In this document: piece by piece, positions 1 to 8,804 of the stretch | Layout of the letters: the number at the start of each line of letters is the position of its first letter | Numbering within the stretch: position 1 is the first letter of the stretch | Source of the DNA: an uncultured Candidatus Saccharibacteria bacterium | Lineage (GTDB): Bacteria; Patescibacteriota; Minisyncoccia; Phycocordibacterales; UBA9973 | Length of the DNA: 51,100 bases | Assembly: GCA_964596605.1 (NCBI GenBank) | Contig: CAZQUJ010000001.1 | Coordinates: forward strand, 1 to 51,100 | Direction of reading: 5' to 3' | Notes under the pieces: generated by a model | What the model was told of the DNA's origin: nothing | The model's database searches: none | The model's input: the letters and a program-made list of their open reading frames with translations, nothing else | Made by a program: the position numbers and the translations under genes

Positions 1-73
1 TGCCATGAATTCATGATACCTTACCTTTCGTATTTAAAGGTGGGGAGAAGAACAAGGTAAAATATATTGGATT

Positions 74-1174
74 GTGGGAGCGATTGTTGTTATTTTAATA
101 ATCTTAATATTAGTTTTTTCTGGTCAAAATAAAAACAAAGAAACTATAAAAATTGGTTTTCTTGGTCCATTAACTGGAGATGCCGCATTGTATGGTTTGA
201 ACGCTCAAAAAGGTGCTCAACTGGCAATTGACGAAATTAATTCTAATGGAGGGGTTGATGGTAAAAAAATAGAATTAATTTCAGAAGATTCAAAGTGTAA
301 TTCTAGCTTAGGGGTTTCAGCTTTTAATAAGTTGATAAGTGCGGATAAGATTGATTATTTATTGGGGGATATGTGTTCTTCTGTTACTCTAGCTGTATCT
401 TCAATGGCCGAAGAAAATAAAATAGTAGTAATGTCCCCTGGTTCTACTAATTATCAAATTTCAAATTCTGGAGATTACATTTTTAGAACTGTTCCATCAG
501 ATGCTTTACAGGGGAAAAAGGGAGCAGAAATAGCGTATGAAAATAATTATAGAAAGGCTGCTATTTTTTACATTGGAGACAATGATTATGGAGAGGGCCT
601 CAAAAAAGTTTTTAACGAAAGATTTACGGAACTAGGTGGGGAAGTGGTATTTTCAGAATCACATCTTTCTGGTGACACAGATTTTAAAACACAGTTAATA
701 AAAATAAAATCAAAAAATCCAGATGTTTTATATCTTCCGACACAAACACAAGAGGCCGGTTTGATAATTAAGCAAGCTCAAGAGTTGAATTTAAATATCC
801 CAATAATAGGAACCGAAACAATGCAAAATGTTCAGTTTCTTAATCTGACCAATGACTCATCAGAAAAAGTAACATTCACTTCTTTTTCTGAGTTTGATGG
901 AGAAAGTGCTACTAAGTTCCTAGAATCATATAAAGAAAAATATAATGTGGAAGAAAAAGATATTTACTCCGATTATTCTTATGATGCAGTTTATGCAATA
1001 GTTAATTCAATGAAAAAATGTAACAGAATAACTCCTGAATGTGTAAAAACAAACCTTTATTCTGTTTATTTTATGGGATCAACGGGCCCAGTATCTTTTG
1101 ATAAAAATGGGGATGTAGAAGGAAAAGACTTCACTGTTTTTAAAGTGGAAGATGGAAAATTTATAAGGCAATAA
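74..1174 (+). CDS. ABC-transporter substrate-binding protein, LivJ/LivK-like (type 1 periplasmic-binding fold), paralogue 1 of 3
   Basis: 366-aa ORF with an N-terminal hydrophobic anchor. The motifs IKIGFLGPLTGDAALYG, SGDYIFRTVPSD and SFDKNGD are shared with the two downstream paralogues. It lies upstream of livHMGF-like genes. The start is uncertain: the frame opens after TAA 35-37 and has no ATG before GTG 74. Confidence 0.8.
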   Translation: MGAIVVILIILILVFSGQNKNKETIKIGFLGPLTGDAALYGLNAQKGAQLAIDEINSNGGVDGKKIELISEDSKCNSSLGVSAFNKLISADKIDYLLGDMCSSVTLAVSSMAEENKIVVMSPGSTNYQISNSGDYIFRTVPSDALQGKKGAEIAYENNYRKAAIFYIGDNDYGEGLKKVFNERFTELGGEVVFSESHLSGDTDFKTQLIKIKSKNPDVLYLPTQTQEAGLIIKQAQELNLNIPIIGTETMQNVQFLNLTNDSSEKVTFTSFSEFDGESATKFLESYKEKYNVEEKDIYSDYSYDAVYAIVNSMKKCNRITPECVKTNLYSVYFMGSTGPVSFDKNGDVEGKDFTVFKVEDGKFIRQ

Positions 1175-1193
1175 TCATGTTAATTAATTATTC

Positions 1194-2300
1194 ATGAAAA
1201 AACAAAATAAAATATATTGGATAGTGGCGGTGGTGGTTATAATTGTCTTAGTTGTTTTTCTTTCTTTAAATAATAAAGAAAAAATAAATGAGAAAATTAA
1301 AATTGGTGCCCTAGTACCCTTAACTGGAGATGTTGCTTCTTGGGGAGAAGCCATGAAGAAGGGATTTGATCTAGCCTTAGTAGACTCAGGGATAAAAAAT
1401 GTTGAATTAATTTATGAAGATGATAAATGTGAACCGGCAACTGGCGTGACTGCTACTCACAAGTTAATTGATGTAGATAAGGTTACTGCAGTAGCGGGAA
1501 CTACTTGTTCCAGTGTGACCTTAGCCATAGCTCCTATATTTGAACAAAATAAAACAATTTTGATGGCTATTGGGTCTTCAGCTCCAGATATAACAAACTC
1601 GGGAGATTATATCTTTAGAATGTGGCCGTCTGATAACTACGAAGCTTCTTTGATGGGTAAGTATATATCAGGGTTACAAGACAATCAAAATTTAAGTGTT
1701 TTGTATTCCAATAATGATTATGGTTTAGGGTTTAAAAATGCCCTAGAAGAAGAATATAAAAAAAGTGGAAAGACTATATTGTTTTCAGAACCTTTCAAGA
1801 AGGGCGACTCTGATTTGAGAACCCAATTAACTAAAATTAAAGAATTAAAAACTGATGGTATTTTTCTAATAGGTGTTCCGGCTGATTTAAAAATAATTCT
1901 AAAACAAATAGCAGAAATGAATATTGAGAGTCAATTGTTTTCCACCGTTAATATAATTGAACCCCAAATACTTTCAGAAAGTACTGTTCCGGTTGATGGT
2001 ATAGTGTATGGTGAATTAGAAATGTCTCAAGACTTAAAACAAAAATTAATTGATAGTTATGGAAATGAAGGTGAGAGTGTCTTAGCTAGTTCTTTTGCTT
2101 ACGACGGAATGATGTTAATATTAAATTCTATAAAGGAATGCGGAGGAAATTCTAGTTGTATTAAAAATGAATTGTATAAAGTTAAGGGGTATGAAGGTGT
2201 TAGCGGAATAACATCATTTGATAAAAATGGTGATCCGGTTGATAGAAATTTTATAATTAAAACTATAAAGAATAGAGTTCCATCGGTGTTGGAAAATTAA
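1194..2300 (+). CDS. ABC-transporter substrate-binding protein, LivJ/LivK-like, paralogue 2
   Basis: 368-aa ORF starting MKKQNKIYWIV with a TM anchor. It carries IKIGALVPLTGDVASWG, SGDYIFRMWPSD and SFDKNGDPVDRNF. The C-terminal ~70 aa are nearly identical to paralogue 3. Confidence 0.85.
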   Translation: MKKQNKIYWIVAVVVIIVLVVFLSLNNKEKINEKIKIGALVPLTGDVASWGEAMKKGFDLALVDSGIKNVELIYEDDKCEPATGVTATHKLIDVDKVTAVAGTTCSSVTLAIAPIFEQNKTILMAIGSSAPDITNSGDYIFRMWPSDNYEASLMGKYISGLQDNQNLSVLYSNNDYGLGFKNALEEEYKKSGKTILFSEPFKKGDSDLRTQLTKIKELKTDGIFLIGVPADLKIILKQIAEMNIESQLFSTVNIIEPQILSESTVPVDGIVYGELEMSQDLKQKLIDSYGNEGESVLASSFAYDGMMLILNSIKECGGNSSCIKNELYKVKGYEGVSGITSFDKNGDPVDRNFIIKTIKNRVPSVLEN

Positions 2301-2409
2301 TGTCTGTTTCAATTTGGTTGCTATAGTCATGATTTAGTCGCTTTTCTCCTTTGACAGCAAGGCTTTTTGTCTGTCCTATAAAGAATAATTTAAACACGGA
2401 TTTTAATCC

Positions 2410-2438
2410 TTGCAAAGGGGTCTCCTTTTGTCTATACT
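2410..2438 (+). promoter_or_regulatory. sigma70-like promoter candidate for paralogue 3 and the liv operon (TTGCAA-17 nt-TATACT)
   Basis: ttgcaa at 2410-2415, a 17-nt spacer, and tatact at 2433-2438, about 40 nt upstream of ATG 2480. A weaker look-alike module (ttgaca...tataaa) lies about 55 nt further upstream. Confidence 0.35.
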
Positions 2439-2479
2439 TTAAGAGTATGTGGACTGTTTATTAATTTAATCTTTTTATC

Positions 2480-3586
2480 ATGAAAAAACAAAATAAAATA
2501 TATTGGATAGTCGGGGCAATTATTGTAATTGTCTTGGCTGTTTTTGTTTCTTTAAACGAGAAAGAGAAAATAGATGAGAAAGTTAAAATAGGGATATTAA
2601 CTCCATTAACTGGTGATATGAATTCTTGGGGCCAGGCAACGTCTAAGGGTGTTGAACTAGCGTTAAGAGATTCAAAGATGGATAACATTGAGTTGATTTA
2701 TGAAGATAGTAAATGTGACGTATCTACTGGCGTAACAGCAACTAATAAGTTAATAGGAGTAGATGGTGCTAGCGTTATATTTGGAACTAACTGTTCCGGT
2801 GTAACCCTGTCTATTGCTTCAATAGTTGAACAAAAAGAAGTAGTGCAAATGGCTATTGGTTCTTCAGATCCTGCTATAACAAATGCAGGTGATTATACAT
2901 TTAGGATGTGGCCATCAGATGATTATGAAGCCTTGGTTATAGGTAATTATATGGTTAATAGTGGATATAGTAATTTCGGTATTCTCTATATGAATAATGA
3001 TTATGGTGTTTCTTTTAAGAATGCACTTAAAAAGGTATATCAAGATAATGGAAAAGAAATAGTAGTTGAAGAACCTTTTGAACAAAATGGTAGTGATTTT
3101 AAAACTCAATTAATTAAAATAAAGAAAGCCAATCCAGATGCTTTGTTTGTTGTAACTAATCCATCTGAGGCCACAGTAATTTTTAAACAAATTAGTGAAC
3201 TTAAGATAGAAACACAACTTTTCTCCTCTGGTTGGTTAATAGAAGATCCTCAAATTCTTACAGGTAGCTCAGACTTTATTGAGGGGGTTATCTATGCAAA
3301 CATGGAACTATCTACTGATTTAAAAGATAAAATGATAGAAAATTATGGAGATGAGGGAGAAAATTTAGCTGTTAGCTCTTTGTCTTACGACGGAATGATG
3401 TTAATATTAAATTCTATAAAGAAATGCGGAGGAAATTCTAGCTGTATAAAAGATGAATTATATAAAGTTAAAGGATATGAAGGTGTTAGCGGAATAACAT
3501 CATTTGATAAAAATGGTGATCCGGTTGATAGAAATTTTATAATTAAAACTATAAAGAATAGAGTTCCATCGGTGTTGGAAAATTAA
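2480..3586 (+). CDS. ABC-transporter substrate-binding protein, LivJ/LivK-like, paralogue 3
   Basis: 368-aa ORF. Its first 32 nt and last 125 nt are identical to paralogue 2. Its stop overlaps the livH-like start (TAATG). Confidence 0.85.
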   Translation: MKKQNKIYWIVGAIIVIVLAVFVSLNEKEKIDEKVKIGILTPLTGDMNSWGQATSKGVELALRDSKMDNIELIYEDSKCDVSTGVTATNKLIGVDGASVIFGTNCSGVTLSIASIVEQKEVVQMAIGSSDPAITNAGDYTFRMWPSDDYEALVIGNYMVNSGYSNFGILYMNNDYGVSFKNALKKVYQDNGKEIVVEEPFEQNGSDFKTQLIKIKKANPDALFVVTNPSEATVIFKQISELKIETQLFSSGWLIEDPQILTGSSDFIEGVIYANMELSTDLKDKMIENYGDEGENLAVSSLSYDGMMLILNSIKKCGGNSSCIKDELYKVKGYEGVSGITSFDKNGDPVDRNFIIKTIKNRVPSVLEN

Positions 3587-4473
3587 TGTCTGTTTCAATT
3601 TTATTACAATTGTTGATTAATGGATTAGTTGCTGGAGCAATTTATTCTTTGGTTTCTTCAGGTTTTTCGTTAATATACTCAGTTAATAAATTCGTTCATT
3701 TTGCTCACGGAGCAGTTATTGCTTTTAGTGCCTATTTCTTATATTTTCTTTTTTCTAAATTGGGTGTCACTTTTTGGTTAGCTGTTATCTTATCTGTCAT
3801 TTTCAGTGCTTTCTTGGGATATATTACAAATGAATTAATATATAAACAATTAAGAAAAAGGAAAGCCTCACCAGTTATCCTATTAGTCTCTGGCGTTGGA
3901 CTTTTAATTCTTTTGGAATCTTTGATATTGATATTTTTTGGAGCTGATGTTAAGGTCATCAATTTGATTAAAGTTTCCAAGGGGTTAGAATTTATGGGAG
4001 CCATAATAACTCCATTACAAGTTATTATTATCCTAACTTCAATTATCTTGTTAATTATTCTATTTTGGTTTATGAAGAAGTCCAAACTAGGTAAAGCTAT
4101 GAGAGCTGTGGCGGACAACAAAGAAGTGGCGGAAATAGTTGGAATATCTTCAGAAAAAATATATTCTTGGAGCTTCATTATCGGATCGGCAGTTGCTGGA
4201 ATTGCTGCCGTCTTAATTGGATTAGAACAAAATTTAGAACCAACAATGGGAACTAATCTAATGATTAAAGGGATGACTGCTTCTATAATTGGTGGAATTG
4301 GCTCTGTTCCAGGTGCTATTTTAGGGGCTTTTTTACTTGGAATTTTAGAAAATTTTGGTATTTGGTTTTTACCTTCTGGTTACAAAGACGCAATAGTCTT
4401 TACTTTATTATTTATCTTTCTTTTGTTTAGACCACAAGGGTTACTTGGTATAAAGAGAAGAGCTGAAAAATAG
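3586..4473 (+). CDS. livH: branched-chain amino acid ABC transporter permease (LivH-like)
   Basis: 295-aa polytopic membrane protein. It has N-terminal LLQLLINGLVAGAIYSLVSSGFSLIY and C-terminal RPQGLLG motifs typical of the LivH/BPD_transp_2 family. Its operon position fits. Confidence 0.85.
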   Translation: MSVSILLQLLINGLVAGAIYSLVSSGFSLIYSVNKFVHFAHGAVIAFSAYFLYFLFSKLGVTFWLAVILSVIFSAFLGYITNELIYKQLRKRKASPVILLVSGVGLLILLESLILIFFGADVKVINLIKVSKGLEFMGAIITPLQVIIILTSIILLIILFWFMKKSKLGKAMRAVADNKEVAEIVGISSEKIYSWSFIIGSAVAGIAAVLIGLEQNLEPTMGTNLMIKGMTASIIGGIGSVPGAILGAFLLGILENFGIWFLPSGYKDAIVFTLLFIFLLFRPQGLLGIKRRAEK

Positions 4474-4474
4474 G

Positions 4475-5344
4475 ATGGAAGCTTATTTTATACATTTAGC
4501 TATATTGGTTGGAATTTATTTGATACTTGCAATGTCCTTACAATTGTCTATTGGCTATACAGGTTTAATGAATTTTGGACACATTGCTTTTTATGCTATA
4601 GGTGCTTATGTTTCAGCTTTACTTACCTTAAATGGTGTTCCTTTTATTGTAGCTTTTGTTTTAGCTGGAGTTGTGTCTGGCTTTTTTGGTTTTCTTTTGT
4701 CTATTCCAACCAATAAACTTAAGGGAGATTATTTAGCTCTGGCCACAATTGCTTTTACTTTTGTTGTTTATGTTGTTTCTTTAAACTGGGTATCTCTAAC
4801 TAGAGGTCCACTTGGTTTACCAGGTATTCCAAAACCATCAATCTTTGGTTTAAGTTTTTCTTCAAATCTAATGTTTTTAATACTTGTAGCGGTTATAACT
4901 ATAGTTGTCTATTTTATTATCAAAAGAGTTACCAGTTCTCCTTTTGGTAAAGTTTTAGAAGCTACTAGAGATAACGAATTAGCTACTAAGGTTTTAGGAA
5001 AAAATACATTTAAGATTAAATCAATTTCCTTAGCCCTCTCTGCCGTTCTAGCTGGAATAGCTGGTAGCCTTTATGCTCATTATATTACATATATAGATCC
5101 ATCTAGTTTTTCAATGATGCAGATTACTCCAATTCTTTGTATGGTTATCATTGGCGGATTAGCTTCTCTTCGGGGGACAATAATAGCGACAATAATTTTA
5201 ACTTTGTTGCCAGAACCACTTAGGTTTATAGGTTTTTCTAGCTCCGTTGTTGGTCCAATGAGGCAGATTATCTATGCTTTAATTCTTCTTATAATTTTAG
5301 TGTATAAACCAAAAGGATTTTTTGGTAAGGTGGAACTAGAATAA
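4475..5344 (+). CDS. livM: branched-chain amino acid ABC transporter permease (LivM-like)
   Basis: 289-aa polytopic membrane protein with GYTGLMNFGHIAFYAIGAY and RDNELATKVLG motifs characteristic of LivM-type permeases. Confidence 0.85.
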   Translation: MEAYFIHLAILVGIYLILAMSLQLSIGYTGLMNFGHIAFYAIGAYVSALLTLNGVPFIVAFVLAGVVSGFFGFLLSIPTNKLKGDYLALATIAFTFVVYVVSLNWVSLTRGPLGLPGIPKPSIFGLSFSSNLMFLILVAVITIVVYFIIKRVTSSPFGKVLEATRDNELATKVLGKNTFKIKSISLALSAVLAGIAGSLYAHYITYIDPSSFSMMQITPILCMVIIGGLASLRGTIIATIILTLLPEPLRFIGFSSSVVGPMRQIIYALILLIILVYKPKGFFGKVELE

Positions 5345-5347
5345 ATT

Positions 5348-6085
5348 ATGTTAAAAATCAAAAACTTAACTAAAAATTTTGGAGGAGTTAAGGCAGTAAA
5401 CAGCTGTGATTTTGAAGTAGAAAAAAATACTATCACTGCCCTTATCGGTCCTAATGGCTCTGGAAAATCTACCATTTTTAATTTAATCTCTGGTATTCTT
5501 GTTCCAGATTCAGGGAAGATAATTTTTGAAGATACAGATATCTCTAATTTTTCTCCAGAAGATATTTCTAATATTGGTATCTCTAGACTTTTTCAAAAGT
5601 CTCAATTATTTGAAAACTTAACAGTTAAGGAAAATTTGCTTCTTGCTTTGGATAATGAAGATACCAAATTTTGGAAGAATATTTTGGGAAAAAATAAAAT
5701 AGACAAAGAAAAAGAAGATTTGGTCTATGATATGTTAGAAAAAATAGAGATGAAACATTTGGCCAATAGGTTGGGTAGAGAACTTAGTTTTGGTCAAAAA
5801 AGGCTTGTAGAAATTGCAAGAACTATATTAAATCCTCACAAGTTCTTGATTCTTGATGAACCAATTGCTGGAGTTAACCCAAAATTAAGAGTAAAGATAT
5901 CTAGTATTTTAACTGGTCTAAAGGAGAAAGGGGAGACTATTTTAATTGTTGAGCATGATATGAATTTCATTTTAAAACTAGCTGATAATGTTATAGTTCT
6001 AGATGAGGGTGCGGTTATTGCTTCGGGAAAACCAGAGAAAATTAAGGAAGATAAAAAAGTATTAGAAGCTTATTTAGGAAATTAA
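5348..6085 (+). CDS. livG: ABC transporter ATP-binding protein (LivG-like)
   Basis: Walker A GPNGSGKST, signature-like LSFGQKRLVEIAR, Walker B LILDEP, and a C-terminal LEAYLG tail typical of LivG. Confidence 0.9.
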   Translation: MLKIKNLTKNFGGVKAVNSCDFEVEKNTITALIGPNGSGKSTIFNLISGILVPDSGKIIFEDTDISNFSPEDISNIGISRLFQKSQLFENLTVKENLLLALDNEDTKFWKNILGKNKIDKEKEDLVYDMLEKIEMKHLANRLGRELSFGQKRLVEIARTILNPHKFLILDEPIAGVNPKLRVKISSILTGLKEKGETILIVEHDMNFILKLADNVIVLDEGAVIASGKPEKIKEDKKVLEAYLGN

Positions 6086-6086
6086 A

Positions 6087-6791
6087 ATGTTAAAAATAGA
6101 AAATATTAAAGCAGGATATGGTCAGCTAGAAGTACTTCATGGGGTAGACATAGAAGTTAATTCAGGTGAGATTGTGGCTATAATAGGTCCAAATGGTTCT
6201 GGAAAATCAACTATTCTAAAAAGTATTTTTAATCTATGTAATATTTATTCTGGCAAGATAACTTGGAAAGATAGAAATATTACTAAAATAAAAACTCATC
6301 AAAAAATATTGGAAGACATTTCCTATGTTCCTCAAGGAAGACAAATATTTAGAGATTTAACTGTTTTGGAAAATTTAGAAATGGGAGCTTTCATTTTTCA
6401 TAACAAAAAATTTATAGAAAAAAATATAGAAGATGTTTTTAGTGAATTTCCATTTTTAAGAGATAAAAAAGATAAAAATGCTGATACTCTTTCTGGGGGG
6501 CAACAACAAATGTTGGCCATAGGGAGAGCCTTAATTCAAAACCCACAACTACTTTTAATGGATGAGCCTTCTTTGGGGTTGAGTCCTAAAATGGTTAAGG
6601 AGGTGTTTAATAAGGTAAAGGAGATAAACAAAAAGGGGATATCTGTCATTATTGTTGAACAAAATGCTAGACAGGCCGTAGAAATAGCTGATAGGGTGTA
6701 TGTTTTAGACGATGGAAAGGTTGCTTTAATAGGTGACAAGGATATATTAAAAAACCCAAAAATTAAAGAAATATATTTTGGAGATTCTTAA
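6087..6791 (+). CDS. livF: ABC transporter ATP-binding protein (LivF-like)
   Basis: Walker A GPNGSGKST, signature LSGGQQQMLAIGRAL, Walker B LLLMDEPS, and a C-terminal YFG tail. Confidence 0.9.
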   Translation: MLKIENIKAGYGQLEVLHGVDIEVNSGEIVAIIGPNGSGKSTILKSIFNLCNIYSGKITWKDRNITKIKTHQKILEDISYVPQGRQIFRDLTVLENLEMGAFIFHNKKFIEKNIEDVFSEFPFLRDKKDKNADTLSGGQQQMLAIGRALIQNPQLLLMDEPSLGLSPKMVKEVFNKVKEINKKGISVIIVEQNARQAVEIADRVYVLDDGKVALIGDKDILKNPKIKEIYFGDS

Positions 6792-6858
6792 TTATTGGTT
6801 ATAATTAAATAGATTAAAAGATAATTATTCTTGTAAAATAAATAATACAAGAATCGAG

Positions 6859-7164
6859 ATGATGGGATTTAAAAAATTTATTACCAAAAAAGCACTTCAA
6901 ATGAAGGGTGTATCAGCTGATCAAGCAGAAGATATAGCTAAGCAATTAGATGAGAATCCAGAAATAGTAGATGCACTAAAGGGAATCGAATCAAATAAGG
7001 AGGTTAAAACTCTTTTTGAAAAAATTACTAAAGAAATAGAAGAAAAGAAAAAAGGAGGTTTGGCCGAAGAGTATGCTTCAGTTTTAGTTATGAGTAAGTA
7101 CAAAAATGAAATAATGAAGTATAGGGAAGAACTAGAACCATTAATACATTTAATTCAAAGATAA
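6859..7164 (+). CDS. hypothetical small soluble protein
   Basis: 101-aa ORF that is Lys/Glu-rich and predicted helical. I recognise no family. A hairpin at 6827-6854 lies directly upstream. Confidence 0.45.
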   Translation: MMGFKKFITKKALQMKGVSADQAEDIAKQLDENPEIVDALKGIESNKEVKTLFEKITKEIEEKKKGGLAEEYASVLVMSKYKNEIMKYREELEPLIHLIQR

Positions 7165-7165
7165 A

Positions 7166-7447
7166 ATGGAATATAATCCAGACATTTTAGTTAACTTGAA
7201 TTATGCGGATTTTATAAAACAAATTCCTATTTCAGAGTTTTTAATGTCTGTTCCCAGTTACGTTTGGTCTGCACTCTATTTAATATCTGCTGTCATTATT
7301 CTTTTTTATTCCATAGTATTGCTTTTTCATTGGTCTCGATATAGAGCCTATGGTCCAGTCATAGTAGTTGCGAGAATAATTTATTTAGTTGGAACATTAG
7401 CCCTACTTTATTTTTCGGGCAGTTTTCTTATTAATTATATTAATTAA
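7166..7447 (+). CDS. hypothetical small membrane protein (2 TM)
   Basis: 93-aa ORF with two long hydrophobic segments. It is tightly packed between neighbouring genes. Confidence 0.5.
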   Translation: MEYNPDILVNLNYADFIKQIPISEFLMSVPSYVWSALYLISAVIILFYSIVLLFHWSRYRAYGPVIVVARIIYLVGTLALLYFSGSFLINYIN

Positions 7448-7449
7448 AT

Positions 7450-7980
7450 ATGAATATTATAGATCAAGAAGAAAAGATAATTTCAACTTTTAGAAAGCAT
7501 AATTTCTATATTATCTTAGAAATTTTCTTTTTGATAGTTTTGGGTGCCCTGCCTGCTTTTATTTTTCTTTTTACCAAATTAATAAAGATAGAAGCTGGAA
7601 CTGAAATTTTAGGTTTATATGTCTTCTTCTATTTTCTTTTTGTTTCTTTTTTGTGGTTAATAGGTTTCTATTCTTGGACTAATTATTATTTAGATCTTTG
7701 GATTTTAACTGACAAGAGATTAGTTAGTGTAGACCAAAAGGGATTCTTTTCCAGAGAAGTTTCTTCTATAAGGTTAGACAAAATACAAGATATTAATATT
7801 GAAACTCATGGTTTGTTAGACACCGTTCTTGGTATTGGAATAATTAAAGTTCAGTCGGCTGGAACTGATAGGGAGTTTATTATGTATGGAATGCGTAATC
7901 CAACTGAAGTCAAAGACATTATATTTAGAGTCCAGACTAATCAAATAGATGCAATTAGAACAGTTAGAATTGCTAAATAA
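7450..7980 (+). CDS. membrane-anchored bacterial PH domain protein (bPH_2/DUF304, YdbS/YdbT-like)
   Basis: Two N-terminal TM helices followed by LTDKRLVSVDQKGFFSREVSSIRLDKIQDINIETHGLLDTVLGIGIIKVQSAG. This is the typical layout of the membrane-flanked PH domain family. Confidence 0.6.
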   Translation: MNIIDQEEKIISTFRKHNFYIILEIFFLIVLGALPAFIFLFTKLIKIEAGTEILGLYVFFYFLFVSFLWLIGFYSWTNYYLDLWILTDKRLVSVDQKGFFSREVSSIRLDKIQDINIETHGLLDTVLGIGIIKVQSAGTDREFIMYGMRNPTEVKDIIFRVQTNQIDAIRTVRIAK

Positions 7981-8774
7981 TGATAACTTATAAAATAAAA
8001 TATAAAGGATATATTTCAAGTTTATATATTCCAGAAAAAAGATCGGGGAAAACTATTTTGCTTTTGCCCGGGCTTCCAACTTCTTCTAATATAAATAAGA
8101 TTGTTCAATGCTTTTTAGATTCTGGGTGCTCTGTTTTTTATCCACAATTAGCTGGTTCTTTTGATAGTGAAGGGGGGTTTGATGGGTTTAATCACATTTC
8201 AGAAGTAAAAAATCTTATAAAGATGATTAAGAAAGGAAGTTTTAAAGAATTATATTTTTGTAAAGATATAAAGATTAGCAAAAGCAAAGAAATAATTTTA
8301 GCTGGGATGAGTTACAGCGGTTTAATCGCTTTGTTGGGAGAAACGAAAGAAGTTTCTAAGATATTACTTCTTTCTCCTGTTTTACTTTTCAACCAGACAG
8401 ATATTTCTAAGATAGTAAATTTTAATTTCAAGACTCAAATGCAATCCTTACTTGGTTTGCTTTCCCGAGCATTTTCTTTTTCTTATAGATTAACTTCTTT
8501 GCAGGTGATGAGAAAATTTTTATATGGTCAAGATAAAATTTTAAGGTTTGATTCAGTTTTGAATAAAATAAAAAATATTAAAAAACCTGTATTAATAGTT
8601 CATGGTAGGGATGATTCCTCTGTCCCTTATAAAATAGATGAATGTTTGATAGAAAGGGCTAATAATGAATTTGTCGACTTATACATAGGAGATTTTGGGC
8701 ATAGTAACAGTTCATATTCTAGGGAGGCCTTAGAAAAAATAAAGGATTTTATAGATAGTAAAATAATCTTTTAA
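7980..8774 (+). CDS. alpha/beta-fold hydrolase
   Basis: Nucleophile elbow GMSYSG, a later HGRDDSSVP segment, and a GDFGHS catalytic His region. The start overlaps the previous stop (TAATG). Confidence 0.65.
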   Translation: MITYKIKYKGYISSLYIPEKRSGKTILLLPGLPTSSNINKIVQCFLDSGCSVFYPQLAGSFDSEGGFDGFNHISEVKNLIKMIKKGSFKELYFCKDIKISKSKEIILAGMSYSGLIALLGETKEVSKILLLSPVLLFNQTDISKIVNFNFKTQMQSLLGLLSRAFSFSYRLTSLQVMRKFLYGQDKILRFDSVLNKIKNIKKPVLIVHGRDDSSVPYKIDECLIERANNEFVDLYIGDFGHSNSSYSREALEKIKDFIDSKIIF

Positions 8775-8804
8775 AAATTTGATTTTTGTGGTAGATTTTG
8801 TCTT

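Noticed and set aside
2461-3109. Minus-strand ORFs of 75 and 64 aa over the start and middle of binding-protein paralogue 3
   Set aside because: They are antisense shadows of a confidently assigned gene.
3732-4178. 148-aa minus-strand ORF inside livH
   Set aside because: It is antisense to a well-supported permease gene and shows no family resemblance. It is a typical shadow ORF.
6827-6854. Hairpin (attcttgta-10 nt-tacaagaat) upstream of ORF 6859, as a terminator or riboswitch
   Set aside because: The stem is AT-only, there is no trailing T-tract, and it sits 4 nt from the start codon. That is too little evidence for a specific function, although it might modulate translation.
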